From Minutocellus sp. GHC0000111 (Eukaryota): 64,000 bases of DNA. The position numbers and the translations under genes were made by a program. Shown here piece by piece: positions 1 to 10,988 of this stretch. Below the pieces are notes generated by a model. It made no database searches. It was not told where the DNA came from and saw nothing but the letters and a program-made list of their open reading frames with translations. Numbering within the stretch: position 1 is the stretch's first letter; each line of letters opens with the position of its first letter. The DNA is taken from contig OZ361256.1 of the NCBI GenBank assembly GCA_977018835.1, positions 6,262,001 through 6,326,000 on the forward strand, written 5' to 3'.

Positions 1-24
1 TTCCCCCCAAAAAAGCAGAAAAAA

Positions 25-2739
25 ATGAGCACGTCATCATCATCTTCTTCTGCTGCTGCTGCCGCCGACACCAATACCAACGCAAGAGGAGGCGACAGCT
101 GGGTCGACGACCTCCGCCTCGTCCCCATCCCCTCTTCTTCCTCATCGCCGTCGTCTGCAGCCGCTGATTCTGCTGCCAACTTCGACAACGATGGTCACGC
201 CTTCAATGTGCTTTCGTTCAATATCCTGGCCGAGGCCTACCTAACTCCGCGGTCGCATCCCGGCCTGCCAGCAAGACATGCGCAGGTGGTCTTTACCCCC
301 ACCAAGCGTCGGGAGTTGCTCGTCCAAACTCTGAGAAAATTTGCCGGCAAGAATGGAAATTTCTACGAGGCGATGGACGAATGTGTGGAGGAAAAAGAAA
401 AAGATAAGGATAAGTTGGACAGATTTGACATCCTGTGCCTGCAGGAGGTCGATCTGCCCGATCTCATATTTCCGCTGATGAAAAGTCTGGGATATGGATG
501 CGTCCATGCCTTGGACAACGACGTGCCGTCTTCCGACAATGCCAGCATGGGTGACGCAACGAGCGGCGATGACAGCAGCCAAAAGGATTCCAAGCCCAAG
601 CCCATGCCCAAACCATCCCGCGGACGGGACCGTCCCAAGGCCAAATCGGACACCTGCGCCATCTTTTACTCCACCGACCGCTTCCGTCTCATCGCCTCGC
701 AAATCATTGAATTTGACGATTTGGCAGGTGGACCGGCATTATCCAGGGAAGAGCAACCCCGGACCAAGAGTGGGATCAGCCGTGCCCGCAGGGGCAGGGG
801 TGGCACGCCCACCCAGGCGTTGAGCGGGATGATTCAGAGTTACCGAAGACGGAATCGCGCGGTCATGGCCGTGTTGGAGTTGATCGATGACGATGGTTCC
901 AAAAGCAGAAGGAGGAGGATATGCGTGGCCAACGGACATTTGTACTGGCATCCCGGCTACGAGTACGTGAAGCTCAGCCAGGCCAAGTACTGGACGGAAA
1001 AGGTGGAGGCATTCGCCAAACAACACGTCACCGACAAAGACAAGGAGAAAAATGATAGATTGCCAGTCATTCTGTGCGGCGATCTCAACTCCAAGCCCGG
1101 ATCGGCCGTCCATACCTTTTTGGCCGAGGGGACGGTGGATGCCCGGGCGGTGGCTCCGTGGAATCCTAAATATTATGACGCGATGGATGCCGATTTGGCC
1201 GAGCTGGAGGTGGCCGACAAGAAGGGATCGAGACGGAAGGCGGGCAAGAATGGGGGTGATCGTGGGGCATTGATAACGAAAGATCCGCACAGCGAGGATG
1301 ATCCGGTGGTGCCACTCGAAGAGGACGAAGAACAAGAAAGTGCTGCTATGGTCAATGGTGGCTCCGATGATGGTGACGACGACATGACCGATGCCGTCCA
1401 AAATCTCAAGCTGAAATGCGAGTGGCGCAAGGTCGGTGGAGCCGACGCCGACGACTACACCGCCATGGCCCTCACGCCCGGCAACGGCCTCAAGAAGATC
1501 CAGGCGCCGGTATATCGGAGCAAGGAGATTCACGACACGACGCCCCGAGCGAATGATGATTCCTCGCCGAGATATTTGTGCGATTATACATTGAATCGCT
1601 TCACTCGTTGGTTGCGCATATTGGGGGTCGATGCGGCTCTGGAAACTCAAGAGGAGGAGAAGGAACGGACAAAGAGTAACAACCCGACGTTGTTTCGGCG
1701 CTGCCGATCGGAACGAAGGACGCTGCTGACAACCTCCAAGAATCTATTGTTGCGCAAGGACTGCCCACCGGGAGCATATCTGATCGATCCCAAGAAAACA
1801 TCGGATCTCGAAAAAGCCATGGTGCAGCTCTTCCTTACGCATGGCGTGGTGCTTCGGCCGAGCGAGTTTGTAACTCGATGCGTCGTTTGCAACGGTACCA
1901 TTTATACGGTGGCCAACGAGGAAGACAAGGCCAAGATATTCGAGGCCAATGGATGTCCGAATCTAAAAACAGATCTGTCGGTGTATGCCTGCAATGGTTG
2001 CGGGCAAGGGTACTGGTGGTGTACGGAGATGCCAACGAGTTCGGCAACAAGAGTCAAAGAGCAGGCGGGCCACTTGTTTCGGCAGTGTCTACGTGGCGGC
2101 GTGCCATATGAGGGAGACCTGCGCATGTTTGACTTTGTCGATCCGGAAGCGGAACGCCAGATCGGAGAAGATGAGGGCACACTGGCAGGCAAGGGCCGGC
2201 CCGAGGCACCAATGGAGGGTGTCATTGGCTGGCTCAAGGACAAGAACTTGGGACACTCATTTGAATTGCGGAGCTCGTATGCGTTGGTTGACAAGGATGC
2301 AGAGAACAAGGTGATGGGTGAAATGCTGCCCTTTACCAACGTTACTGCCGACTTTGTTGGTCTATTGGATTACATATTTTTCGAGACTTCGGAGTTTGAG
2401 CAAACGCATCGTGTTGAGGTACCTACATCATTCCGCAAGCTAAATGATACTGGAGAGGCCGGCGGCCATTTGCTTCCAAGCGATGTTTGGCCATCTGATC
2501 ATCTCGCTCTTGGGGCTAAATTTGTGTTGAAGGGGATCGAGCCGGTCGCTATGCAGGAAGAAAAAGCCGCGGCCGCAGCAAGTATTCCAGGGGTAGGCTG
2601 GGCAATCCCGGCAGCAAATCACCAACCCGGTTTTCCAATGTGCGATTGTGGCTGCGTGCCAAAGGTGCCATCACTTTTTGAGATGGCTGAATTGAGAAAG
2701 CAGGCGAGATTAAAGGCCGAGAAGGAGAAGGGAAGTTAA
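25..2739 (+). CDS. CCR4/nocturnin/Angel-type EEP phosphodiesterase with an inserted Mut7-C RNase (PIN-like + Zn ribbon) domain
   Basis: EEP motifs SFNILA, LCLQEVD, ANGHLYW, CGDLNS, LDYIF, PSDH. Between them lie Mut7-C-like motifs YLCDYTLNRFTRWLRILGVDA, RTLLTTSKNL, RCVVCNG...CNGCGQGYWW. Single 904-aa ORF. Confidence 0.85.
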   Translation: MSTSSSSSSAAAAADTNTNARGGDSWVDDLRLVPIPSSSSSPSSAAADSAANFDNDGHAFNVLSFNILAEAYLTPRSHPGLPARHAQVVFTPTKRRELLVQTLRKFAGKNGNFYEAMDECVEEKEKDKDKLDRFDILCLQEVDLPDLIFPLMKSLGYGCVHALDNDVPSSDNASMGDATSGDDSSQKDSKPKPMPKPSRGRDRPKAKSDTCAIFYSTDRFRLIASQIIEFDDLAGGPALSREEQPRTKSGISRARRGRGGTPTQALSGMIQSYRRRNRAVMAVLELIDDDGSKSRRRRICVANGHLYWHPGYEYVKLSQAKYWTEKVEAFAKQHVTDKDKEKNDRLPVILCGDLNSKPGSAVHTFLAEGTVDARAVAPWNPKYYDAMDADLAELEVADKKGSRRKAGKNGGDRGALITKDPHSEDDPVVPLEEDEEQESAAMVNGGSDDGDDDMTDAVQNLKLKCEWRKVGGADADDYTAMALTPGNGLKKIQAPVYRSKEIHDTTPRANDDSSPRYLCDYTLNRFTRWLRILGVDAALETQEEEKERTKSNNPTLFRRCRSERRTLLTTSKNLLLRKDCPPGAYLIDPKKTSDLEKAMVQLFLTHGVVLRPSEFVTRCVVCNGTIYTVANEEDKAKIFEANGCPNLKTDLSVYACNGCGQGYWWCTEMPTSSATRVKEQAGHLFRQCLRGGVPYEGDLRMFDFVDPEAERQIGEDEGTLAGKGRPEAPMEGVIGWLKDKNLGHSFELRSSYALVDKDAENKVMGEMLPFTNVTADFVGLLDYIFFETSEFEQTHRVEVPTSFRKLNDTGEAGGHLLPSDVWPSDHLALGAKFVLKGIEPVAMQEEKAAAAASIPGVGWAIPAANHQPGFPMCDCGCVPKVPSLFEMAELRKQARLKAEKEKGS

Positions 2740-2830
2740 TTTATCTAAAAGAGCAGCGTCGGCAAAGATTTTTCCTTTTTCTTTATGAACTAGATTGAGA
2801 GATGTATTCTTCTTAGGTCTTGGGTATCCC

Positions 2831-5800
2831 TCAGAACTTAGAGAGGTAGGTGACATTTTCAGAACATGATACTGGAAAATTCCGCTTTGCAGACTCGAGT
2901 AAGAAGCGAACGCTCTTCGATCTCAAAAACATTGCCGTCTCGGCAGATTCGGAGAGCTTGACTAAAGCCAGTACTGCATTCTCTTGGATTGATTCGTTGC
3001 GAGGATGACGCTTCATGGCCGCAATGAGGCTAGCAAAGCCCAGCTCCTCTTCGACCACATTGATACCAGCGTCGTTATCATACGCAGCGAGACAAGACAC
3101 AGCTCCGCAGCCCTCTTCTTGCACGTTCTCCACTTCGATGTGTTTTTTCATCAAATTGACTATAGCGCCGACTCCACCGGCGTCAATTATCGCAAGTGCA
3201 CCGTCTTCTTCCTGTGAAAGGTTCCAAAGCGCCCCTATGCCATGTTCAATGATGCCACTCATCAGTTCATGGCTCTTCATAGTAACGAGAATCGTCTTGA
3301 CGCCATTGGCTGCTAGTATAGCCCTTCGATTGTCGTAATTGAGGGCACTGTTCCAGATGGCGCCGCAGCACTGCTCACAGACACCAACCCGGCGGACATG
3401 ACGCCGGAGAGCGTTCAGAATGAGAGGAATGGCACCGGCCTCCCGAACAGCGATGCGCCGAGGCTCGTTCTGCCACGACAGATTCCAGAACACGCCGCTA
3501 ATGTGCTCGCAGATACCAGCCACATTGTTGTAGATGGTCATAATCTCCACCAGTATCCGAAGGCCGCTGTACTCGTAGATCGCCGACTTGTTGCGCTCAC
3601 TTCGGCAGGCCAAATTCCACAATGCCCCGGCCGCGTTCTCCTGGATGACACGTTCCTTGGGATGGTTGTCCATCGCGGTCAGGATGGCCGCCACGCCCTG
3701 CGTATCGGCAATGGTCTCCTTGTTGGCCTCCGACCGGCGGGCGACGTTCCACAACACCGAGCACGCGGCCTCCTGCAGCAGGGGGTCGTCGGGATGACTC
3801 GCCATGGCCCGCACCACGGTCGCAACGCCATCGGCACCGACGATCGAGGCGGCGTTCTTGGCATAGACGGCCAATTTGGCCAAGGTTTGACATCCACTGC
3901 GCTGCGTGCTTCCGTTCTTTCGATCCTTCCGCATACTTCCAATGACGTTATCGATATTCTTGGTAATGTTGGCGGACCGAGAAGTAGCAGGCGCGGCAAC
4001 ATCCTCGGCATCGTCGGACCTGACGGCAATAATGGCGGGGATGTCGGTATTGTCCACCGAGTCGCTGGATTGCTGAGACTTGAGGGGGTGGGCCTTGTTG
4101 CCATCTGCGTCCAATACCAAACCACGGCTGCTGGTCGCCGTCTTCTTATGCACGCTTGTACCAACAACTCCGCCACTCCTACGAGAAGCACGGGCCTCGG
4201 CCTCGCATGCGGCCTTGGCCAACGACCCCATCTCCCGACTGCCCCTCGACGATATCCGCTGAGCAATGACCTTGCGGGCCACGGCCACCACCCTCAATCG
4301 TTCGCGGCTCCGTCGCGTTTCGTCGTCGTTGGTCGCTCCCCGATCCACGGGTGCCTCGACGTGCTGCGCATTGGCATGGTTCTGGCCCGTTTTGTCATCA
4401 TCATCATCATCATCGTCCAAACGCCGGCTGGTAAACGACGCGACGCGATCCAGTGGTATCACCGTACCCGTCCGACTCTTGCGACTGGTCCGGCTTCGGG
4501 AGGTGGCGATGGATTCCGAAAACGACGAGATGGACCGGTCCTCGTCGTCATCGGCGTGGCGACGATGGTCGCGATGCGGGATGCGAATGATGCCCTTGGT
4601 GGTGGCGGTGCCGCCGGTGCTGTGATTGGAGCTTGCCGCTGCGTTCATATTGGCATTGCTGGGACCGTTATTGGCCTGCTGCTGTTGGTTGGTGATCTGG
4701 CTCTTGGTCGTGGACTGGACCACCTCCTCCATCTGCCTACTCATCCTCTCCAAAGTGTCCTCGCTGTCGTCGCTGTCCTTCTCCTCTTCCTCATCTACAT
4801 TTTTCTCGCTCGCGACGGTTCGAAAGTGGAGACGATCATCCTCCCGTTTGATCTGGTCCCACCGATCCTTGACCGTCGATCCCACCTCGTCCTGGGCCTC
4901 CTGCCGCGCCCGGCGGGCACAGGCCGCCGCCCACGCCTCCTCCTTGGCCGCTTGGGTAGTATGTTGATGCGATTGCCATGCAGCCTCCACACGCCGTTGG
5001 GCGGCTGTTGCGTCATCTTGATCGTCATTCGTCTTCAGCTTGGCCGCTGCCCCCTCAGGTTGTGAGGCGCTAGTGTTCTCACCACCCCCGGCAGTCGTAG
5101 ATTTGGCAGACGTCACCGATTGAGCAGCCGCTGACTTGGCCGATCGGCTGGTACTGCCAGCGTACGGGTGGCACTCGTCGTCCAACGAAAGGGAACTGGC
5201 CGAGGCACTCCGGGGCATGCCGGTGCTGCCGCTGCTCTTGGACTTGGCCGGCGATGGAGGAGTTGCGGGACCACAATGATATTCCTCCTGCGACAGATTG
5301 ACCGTGGAGGCCGTGGTGTCGGCCGCATCCGGGGCAGCGGGGGATTTCGGGCCCGATCGGGCCGCCTCGATGGCATCTCCACCATTTGCCGCATTGGCAG
5401 CATTGGCAGAAGTTGCATTCTTCGTGGGAGTTGCCGTCGCAAATGTCGTGCTTGTTGTGGAAGTTCCATGCGACGAAACGGCGCTGCTGATCCGCCCCCT
5501 CACGTCGCCCAGCACGCTCCCCTCGTCCTTCCCTTGCTTCGGGCTATTATGATTCTCCCCCTTCGTGCCGTTCCCACCGCTGCCATCGCCATTCCGTCCC
5601 ACCTTGGACTCCCTCAGCTGCCGCTCCAACTCGTCGACGCGCTGCCGGAGCGTCCAATTTTCGTTCCGCAGTTCAAACACCTGATCTTCCAACTGGCGGC
5701 TGCGCGTCCGCTCGGCGTCGTATCGCAACCGTTCGGCGTCGAAGCGGGATTCCCAGTCCCGGCTCGGCGAGGGTTGGAGGGGGGACGGGGAGGACGTCAT
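2831..5800 (-). CDS. Armadillo-repeat protein with N-terminal coiled coil and long disordered linker
   Basis: C-terminal ARM-like repeats (QEAACSVLWNVA, QENAAGALWNLA, EHGIGALWNLS); coiled coil WESRFDAE...LERQL. The ATG at 5800 is preferred over the non-ATG ORF start at 6028. Confidence 0.85.
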   Translation of the reverse strand: MTSSPSPLQPSPSRDWESRFDAERLRYDAERTRSRQLEDQVFELRNENWTLRQRVDELERQLRESKVGRNGDGSGGNGTKGENHNSPKQGKDEGSVLGDVRGRISSAVSSHGTSTTSTTFATATPTKNATSANAANAANGGDAIEAARSGPKSPAAPDAADTTASTVNLSQEEYHCGPATPPSPAKSKSSGSTGMPRSASASSLSLDDECHPYAGSTSRSAKSAAAQSVTSAKSTTAGGGENTSASQPEGAAAKLKTNDDQDDATAAQRRVEAAWQSHQHTTQAAKEEAWAAACARRARQEAQDEVGSTVKDRWDQIKREDDRLHFRTVASEKNVDEEEEKDSDDSEDTLERMSRQMEEVVQSTTKSQITNQQQQANNGPSNANMNAAASSNHSTGGTATTKGIIRIPHRDHRRHADDDEDRSISSFSESIATSRSRTSRKSRTGTVIPLDRVASFTSRRLDDDDDDDDKTGQNHANAQHVEAPVDRGATNDDETRRSRERLRVVAVARKVIAQRISSRGSREMGSLAKAACEAEARASRRSGGVVGTSVHKKTATSSRGLVLDADGNKAHPLKSQQSSDSVDNTDIPAIIAVRSDDAEDVAAPATSRSANITKNIDNVIGSMRKDRKNGSTQRSGCQTLAKLAVYAKNAASIVGADGVATVVRAMASHPDDPLLQEAACSVLWNVARRSEANKETIADTQGVAAILTAMDNHPKERVIQENAAGALWNLACRSERNKSAIYEYSGLRILVEIMTIYNNVAGICEHISGVFWNLSWQNEPRRIAVREAGAIPLILNALRRHVRRVGVCEQCCGAIWNSALNYDNRRAILAANGVKTILVTMKSHELMSGIIEHGIGALWNLSQEEDGALAIIDAGGVGAIVNLMKKHIEVENVQEEGCGAVSCLAAYDNDAGINVVEEELGFASLIAAMKRHPRNESIQENAVLALVKLSESAETAMFLRSKSVRFLLESAKRNFPVSCSENVTYLSKF

Positions 5801-6663
5801 GGTGGACGGCCTAGTCTCAAATCGTGCAGCAAACGGAACTGAATTTGAAATTCCCGACGGAGTGGAGTTGGAGAAAGCTGATGGCGCGGCGGTGGCCCCA
5901 AGATCCAGAGAGGGGAAAACCGGCACAAGATGTGCTGCAGAATGCAAAATCGACCAGATACGGCGAAGGTTAGCGCCAATAGCGGCTCCCTGGTCACTCC
6001 AAACGATGCCGCAGGAGGGGGGGGGCAACTGACTGCCAACGAACGAGTCTATTAGCCTGGAACGAGCTTACAATGGCGACGGCTGGCTTGGCGGGGAGTG
6101 GAAGGCGCCATTTTTGAACGGCTTGCGCGCAATTTTTCGCGAGCCCGCCGCGCCTTCGGTAAGAGCTAAGTTCCTCAAAGCCCGCTCAAAACAGTCGAGC
6201 GAGTCCAACGAATCAACATACAGTACAGCCAGCCCCCCAGAGCCTCGGCGTCCGGTCATCTCCTCTCGGCGCAAATAAATGCGATGACACGTGAAGATTG
6301 GGATTACAGGGATTACAAAAAACGGATGCCAGGGACTGGCCAGGGACTGATCATCTCTCACTAAAAGAAATAATTGCAAGGACCCTGCAGTGCTGTGCAG
6401 TACATGTATGCGGGTTATTCCATCGGTCGCACCGAAGAATTGGCACGACGAGGCGAAGAAGGCATACATGTGCAGTACCTGCATCAGATCATCGCACACT
6501 GTAAAACTTTTACACACCAAGCAACACGCCAGACCACAACTTTATCTCGCGTGAACGCTGGAAGTCAACCAGAAAAAATGTTTCGCCATCAATAACAATC
6601 TGGTCTATCACGGGCCATGCCATCTTCGACGTCGTCCAAGGAGGTCGAGCTGGCCCTCTACAT

Positions 6664-7080
6664 ATGTACCAAAGTCTGCTCCTGCTGGAGGAGCAAATCA
6701 TCCAGCATCAGTTGGAGCAGCTCAACCTGGCGACGACGTCCAGCTTCAGCACTCTCGTGAAGGCGGAATTGGCGGCGGAGATGAACGGTGACAAAGACTA
6801 CTGCAACAACACCGTGCACCGCCCAAAGCGGAAGAGCTGCCGCAATGGGACAGCGAGGACATCGGTGGGATTGTCCGGGCACACTTGTAGGAAAGACGAT
6901 TCAATGGTGCTGCCAGATCCGCCATCTCGGTCGATTTCGCCATCTCTGGTCAATCAGAATGTGAATCGGGTGCGTGTTCTCCGTCCTATCATCAGAAATG
7001 CCGCTGCATCATCATCTTCTTCTTTGGCTTCGGATCCAACAAGAAGGGCGGAGCGCGGGGTTCGTTTCGCGTTGGACTGA
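6664..7080 (+). CDS. Small hypothetical protein
   Basis: 138-aa ORF ending in GVRFALD, followed by an AT-rich 3' region; no recognised domain. Confidence 0.4.
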   Translation: MYQSLLLLEEQIIQHQLEQLNLATTSSFSTLVKAELAAEMNGDKDYCNNTVHRPKRKSCRNGTARTSVGLSGHTCRKDDSMVLPDPPSRSISPSLVNQNVNRVRVLRPIIRNAAASSSSSLASDPTRRAERGVRFALD

Positions 7081-7139
7081 ATCGCCCGAGTATAAGTATA
7101 CGTACATATGCAAGAAGGATACGAATCAATGCATAATTA

Positions 7140-7141
<2 letters not shown>

Positions 7142-7218
<77 letters not shown>
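7142..7218. repeat. (TA)n microsatellite
   Basis: About 38 uninterrupted TA units between two convergent ORF ends. Confidence 0.98.
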
Positions 7219-7219
<1 letters not shown>

Positions 7220-7242
7220 CACAGAGTTACATATTTTACAAC

Positions 7243-9414
7243 TCAAAAACACTGCGTGCAGCAGACACATTCAAGCGTCGGATTTGGCTCGGCACAGTCG
7301 GCCTCCAGCACAGTCAGAACCCCACCGTTGGTATTCCTCAAACCACATACTTCAATTGGCATGGGACCGACGAGTGAAGCATTTTCCTGTACGTACATCT
7401 CTCTCAACGAAGTCAGTCTACCAAATGACTGCGGAATTTGGCCCTCGAGGTTGTTCCCCTCCAAACGAAGTATGGTGAGCTCGTCCAGAAATTGCTGCTC
7501 GTCTGGGATCAGCCCAATAATTTCGTTATCATTCAGTACCAACTCTTCTAACGCCGTCAGCTCACCAATTTCTGGTGCAATAAATCCCGTAAGAGGTGAC
7601 GGCGGATCGCCAAAGTTGATCGAAATGATTTCTCCATCATCGTTGCATCTTAGACCCAACCCATTGAGGCCCCAATCGCATTCATCTTCAGAAATGGCCA
7701 GCAAACCCTCCAAATCCAGTATCACATCCACATCAAGTGAAAAGTAGTTCGTCATGAAAGAATACCGCTGGACAATCCTCTCTTCGTTTTCCGGCATGTC
7801 CAAGGCCAGAGGATCCTCATCACGAACAAATACGAGGGCATCGTTCTGTGGAGTTCCATCGGTTATGGCCGCCTCCCCTGATAGGCTTATCGCGAGTTGT
7901 GTAATTTCCCCTTCTCGTGATATGGTTGGTGTGGACGTTGGAGCTCTCGTTGGGGCAGATGAAGTTGGTGAAGAAGTCGTTGGCATCGGTGTGGTCGGTA
8001 CCGGTGTAGAAGGAGCTACTATAGGAGCTGGACTTGTTGGTATTGGACTCGGCGCTGAAGTGGGCCTCAAAGTTGTAGGACGATTTGATGGCAGGGCTGT
8101 AGGAGTGTTGGTCGCAACAGGGGTCGGAATCAAAGAAGCTATCACAGGAGCTTGTGTATCTGGATCAGGAAGTGTGGGAATACTTGTTGGTGGTAAAGTA
8201 GACGGTGTTGGTGTGGTCAATGCAGGAGCTCGAGTTGGCGGTGATGTAACCGGCCTCATCGTTGGTGTACTCGTTGGATTCGGCATCGTTGGCATGTCCG
8301 TCGCTGGACCGGGGCCTGGCTCCGATGATATTGCAGGTGCCCTAGTTGGCTCAAGGCTTGTAGATTCGATGGTTGGGCTAATTGTTGGCTCATCCAATGA
8401 TGCTGATGCTGGATCTCTTGTCGGTGAGTTATCTCTGGAGCCAGAAGAACTAGATCTGCTATCAGACGGTTGTCTCCGAGCCTTTGTTCTCGATGACAAT
8501 GAAGAGATCGGTGATGCTTTTGCCTGCTTTGATGATTTGCTACTCTTTGCGAACTTGCTCGATACAGTGCCTTTTGACATCTTAGTCTTCTTTCGTCGGC
8601 GCTTCTTTCGATGCTGGACCAGCTTCTTTCGCCTCTTTTGCCGTTCCTTCTGCAATTTTGCCCTATCGACGTTTCTCGGGAATAGATTCGGCATACTGTT
8701 TCTTGTGCTTTTGCTACTCTTGCTACTGCTGGTTCGGTCCTCCCGTGATTTTATTCGCTGAAAGATATTCTCCAACCTTTTGCCCGTCCGCTTGAGACCG
8801 GCGGCCGTGTTGGACCTGTCGTCGGCATGTGATTCAATCTTGCTCATCTTCTTATCGAACCATTCCGAGTTGCTGACCTTCTTCTCTATTTTGTGCCGAA
8901 AGATATCAATTCGTTTGCGTTCCGACTTGAATCCACGCCGATCGCTGACGATGGTACTTTTGCTCGACTTGTGCGTTTCGCCAGTATGTATGGTGGACCT
9001 CGACTTCGACATCGACTTCGACTTCTCACTGCTCGAACGATCACTACTCGTTTCGCTCGCACCCTTTCGCTTCCCCCGATCACTCTGCTTCGAGACGTTT
9101 GTCTGTTTTGATAATTTTCCAATGCGACTAGTCGATGCGGATGATACCTCGTCACTTGATTTCGATGCTTTCATCCGTCGTGGTAAATATGAGATTAATT
9201 CCAGCGCCTGGCCATCCTTCTCCCGACGCACATCTACATTTTGTGCAAGTGACCTTCGAACATGGTCTGTGCTGTTTTGCGCTGACGCCTCGCAGCAGAA
9301 AAGGGATGCGGCAATGAGTAAGGGCACATTCAATACCGTTGTTTTCCAACGTGGGCGCTTCCTCTTTCTCCTACTTGCCGTCATCGGCGGCATGCATTCC
9401 ATGGTTGCCTTCAT
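7243..9414 (-). CDS. Secreted or surface LRR protein with K/S/R-rich N-terminus and Pro/Thr stalk
   Basis: Hydrophobic segment (VPLLIAASLFCCEASA), KSSK-rich basic region, PT/APT repeats, plant-type LRRs (LTGFIAPEIGELTALEELVLNDNEIIGLIP), diatom-typical C-terminus LEADC...CVCCTQCF. Start codon uncertain. Confidence 0.85.
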   Translation of the reverse strand: MKATMECMPPMTASRRKRKRPRWKTTVLNVPLLIAASLFCCEASAQNSTDHVRRSLAQNVDVRREKDGQALELISYLPRRMKASKSSDEVSSASTSRIGKLSKQTNVSKQSDRGKRKGASETSSDRSSSEKSKSMSKSRSTIHTGETHKSSKSTIVSDRRGFKSERKRIDIFRHKIEKKVSNSEWFDKKMSKIESHADDRSNTAAGLKRTGKRLENIFQRIKSREDRTSSSKSSKSTRNSMPNLFPRNVDRAKLQKERQKRRKKLVQHRKKRRRKKTKMSKGTVSSKFAKSSKSSKQAKASPISSLSSRTKARRQPSDSRSSSSGSRDNSPTRDPASASLDEPTISPTIESTSLEPTRAPAISSEPGPGPATDMPTMPNPTSTPTMRPVTSPPTRAPALTTPTPSTLPPTSIPTLPDPDTQAPVIASLIPTPVATNTPTALPSNRPTTLRPTSAPSPIPTSPAPIVAPSTPVPTTPMPTTSSPTSSAPTRAPTSTPTISREGEITQLAISLSGEAAITDGTPQNDALVFVRDEDPLALDMPENEERIVQRYSFMTNYFSLDVDVILDLEGLLAISEDECDWGLNGLGLRCNDDGEIISINFGDPPSPLTGFIAPEIGELTALEELVLNDNEIIGLIPDEQQFLDELTILRLEGNNLEGQIPQSFGRLTSLREMYVQENASLVGPMPIEVCGLRNTNGGVLTVLEADCAEPNPTLECVCCTQCF

Positions 9415-10076
9415 GTGGATGTCTATCCGCTGACTTCTTAGCGCTGTATTATCTTTCTCAAACCATTGCAAGTGCTTTCACTTTTCTATGCGAAATGTTT
9501 CGAGTGGCGTTGGTGTTTTCTTGTCCTGAGTTCTGCTCGCGCGTGGTCGTGAACGTCAACTAATCGTTTCAGTATCGCTTGGGTTGGACGAAACGAATCG
9601 GCAGGTCGAGTATGAAAGGATGAGGAGCGTTGTTGAGGTTCGTTTCCCAAAGGCTTCAGGAACTCGTTAGCCATACACCAAGTTCCGAGTGACTTTGGCG
9701 TTCTTCGTGCCATAGTTCCGTCGGCTTTCTTGTGCATCTCTTGTATCCATCGATGGCACAGCGCCGGAACGTCCATCTAATTCCATTCATTATCGTCGAG
9801 GCAGTGGCGGGCGGTCTGCGGTGCGCCTGGGACACGCCAGAGGAGCTTTTTACTTCTTACGCTTGACTTACTCGATTGGATTGACGTGTTGAAAGCGCCA
9901 CGAGATTTTTGGCGCCACCTCGCTCGGCCGTGTTCTTCTCTGCCACGATGGTCGGTCGGCCACCAACGAAAGATGATGCGGAATGCTGGTGGACTCAGTG
10001 GAGGTTCAGCGTGGCAGGTCAGTGGGGAATGCTCACTCCTATTGTATACTGGCGTAGACTCTGCGCCTGACGCAAA

Positions 10077-10988
10077 ATGAATACAGCTGTGCAAATGCAA
10101 TCCATCATCTCTGCCCCAAAGAGGAAGCGACTGGAGGAGCCTTCATCGATCGCCATTGTCGAATCCTACAAATGTCCCTTCGGTGGCATTACCAAGGTAC
10201 ACACCGAGCCATTGAACGTCACTGAGCAGACCGTTGATGTAAAGCCGTCTCCGTTTGAGGATGTTCCATACGAACAATTCCTTCACATTATATCCTACCT
10301 AGGCCCATCCACGTCTCTGACATCGATGTCATGCGTTAGCCATCGCTACAATCGCTTCATGCGACGAATCGGTGATACTATGCTGGCCAAGGCCGAGAAG
10401 TGTTTTCGCTGCCCTTTGAGAAGCAATGACAGCATTCACCGAGAGTCATCCATATCGATCTTCGTTCGATACTCGTCTTACTGCAGTCACGTACACAAAC
10501 GGCTAGAAATCCTCAACCGTCTTTTATCATCGAGTGATATTACAAGTGATCAAGAGTGCAAGGAGAGACCAACAAAGCGTTTTCGAGCAACGAACAAGGG
10601 TGCCTTACATACACTTCAACTTGCGAGGGCATTGGCATCGACTCCAGACGATAAGACCCTCGATATCGCTGACAAGTTGATCTCCGAGCTGTCCAACTCA
10701 ATTTCATCGCCTGATCAGCATATGTGTTGCTCCCGAAACCTCGAGGCCAGAGTCCTTGCCACCGTTGGCAAAATAGGCGGCATTGTGTTTAAGCAGAGTA
10801 GGGTAGCCCTAGAGGTGGTGCAGCAAGAAGAGTTAGGACACACTGGCGGCAATATTCCAGCCGACATATCCCAGGAGTTGGAAAAGCACATGTCCTTGGA
10901 TGTGGAGCGTATTGACAAGGCGAGAGTCTTGCTGAAGAAGGTTGTCTTTTACAAGCTGCTATTTGAATGCAATGGAACGCAAAGTTAG
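10077..10988 (+). CDS. F-box-like protein
   Basis: PFEDVPYEQFLHIISYLG...SLTSMSCVSHRYNRF matches the F-box pattern; 303-aa ORF. Confidence 0.6.
   Translation: MNTAVQMQSIISAPKRKRLEEPSSIAIVESYKCPFGGITKVHTEPLNVTEQTVDVKPSPFEDVPYEQFLHIISYLGPSTSLTSMSCVSHRYNRFMRRIGDTMLAKAEKCFRCPLRSNDSIHRESSISIFVRYSSYCSHVHKRLEILNRLLSSSDITSDQECKERPTKRFRATNKGALHTLQLARALASTPDDKTLDIADKLISELSNSISSPDQHMCCSRNLEARVLATVGKIGGIVFKQSRVALEVVQQEELGHTGGNIPADISQELEKHMSLDVERIDKARVLLKKVVFYKLLFECNGTQS

Noticed and set aside
3398..5065. 555-aa plus-strand ORF and similar long antisense ORFs (e.g. 27578-28378, 61731-63224)
   Set aside because: Shadow ORFs on the opposite strand of GC-rich real genes; no independent motifs.
6974..7270. 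ORFs with IYIYIY tracts (also 55982-56689)
   Set aside because: Translations of (TA)n microsatellites.
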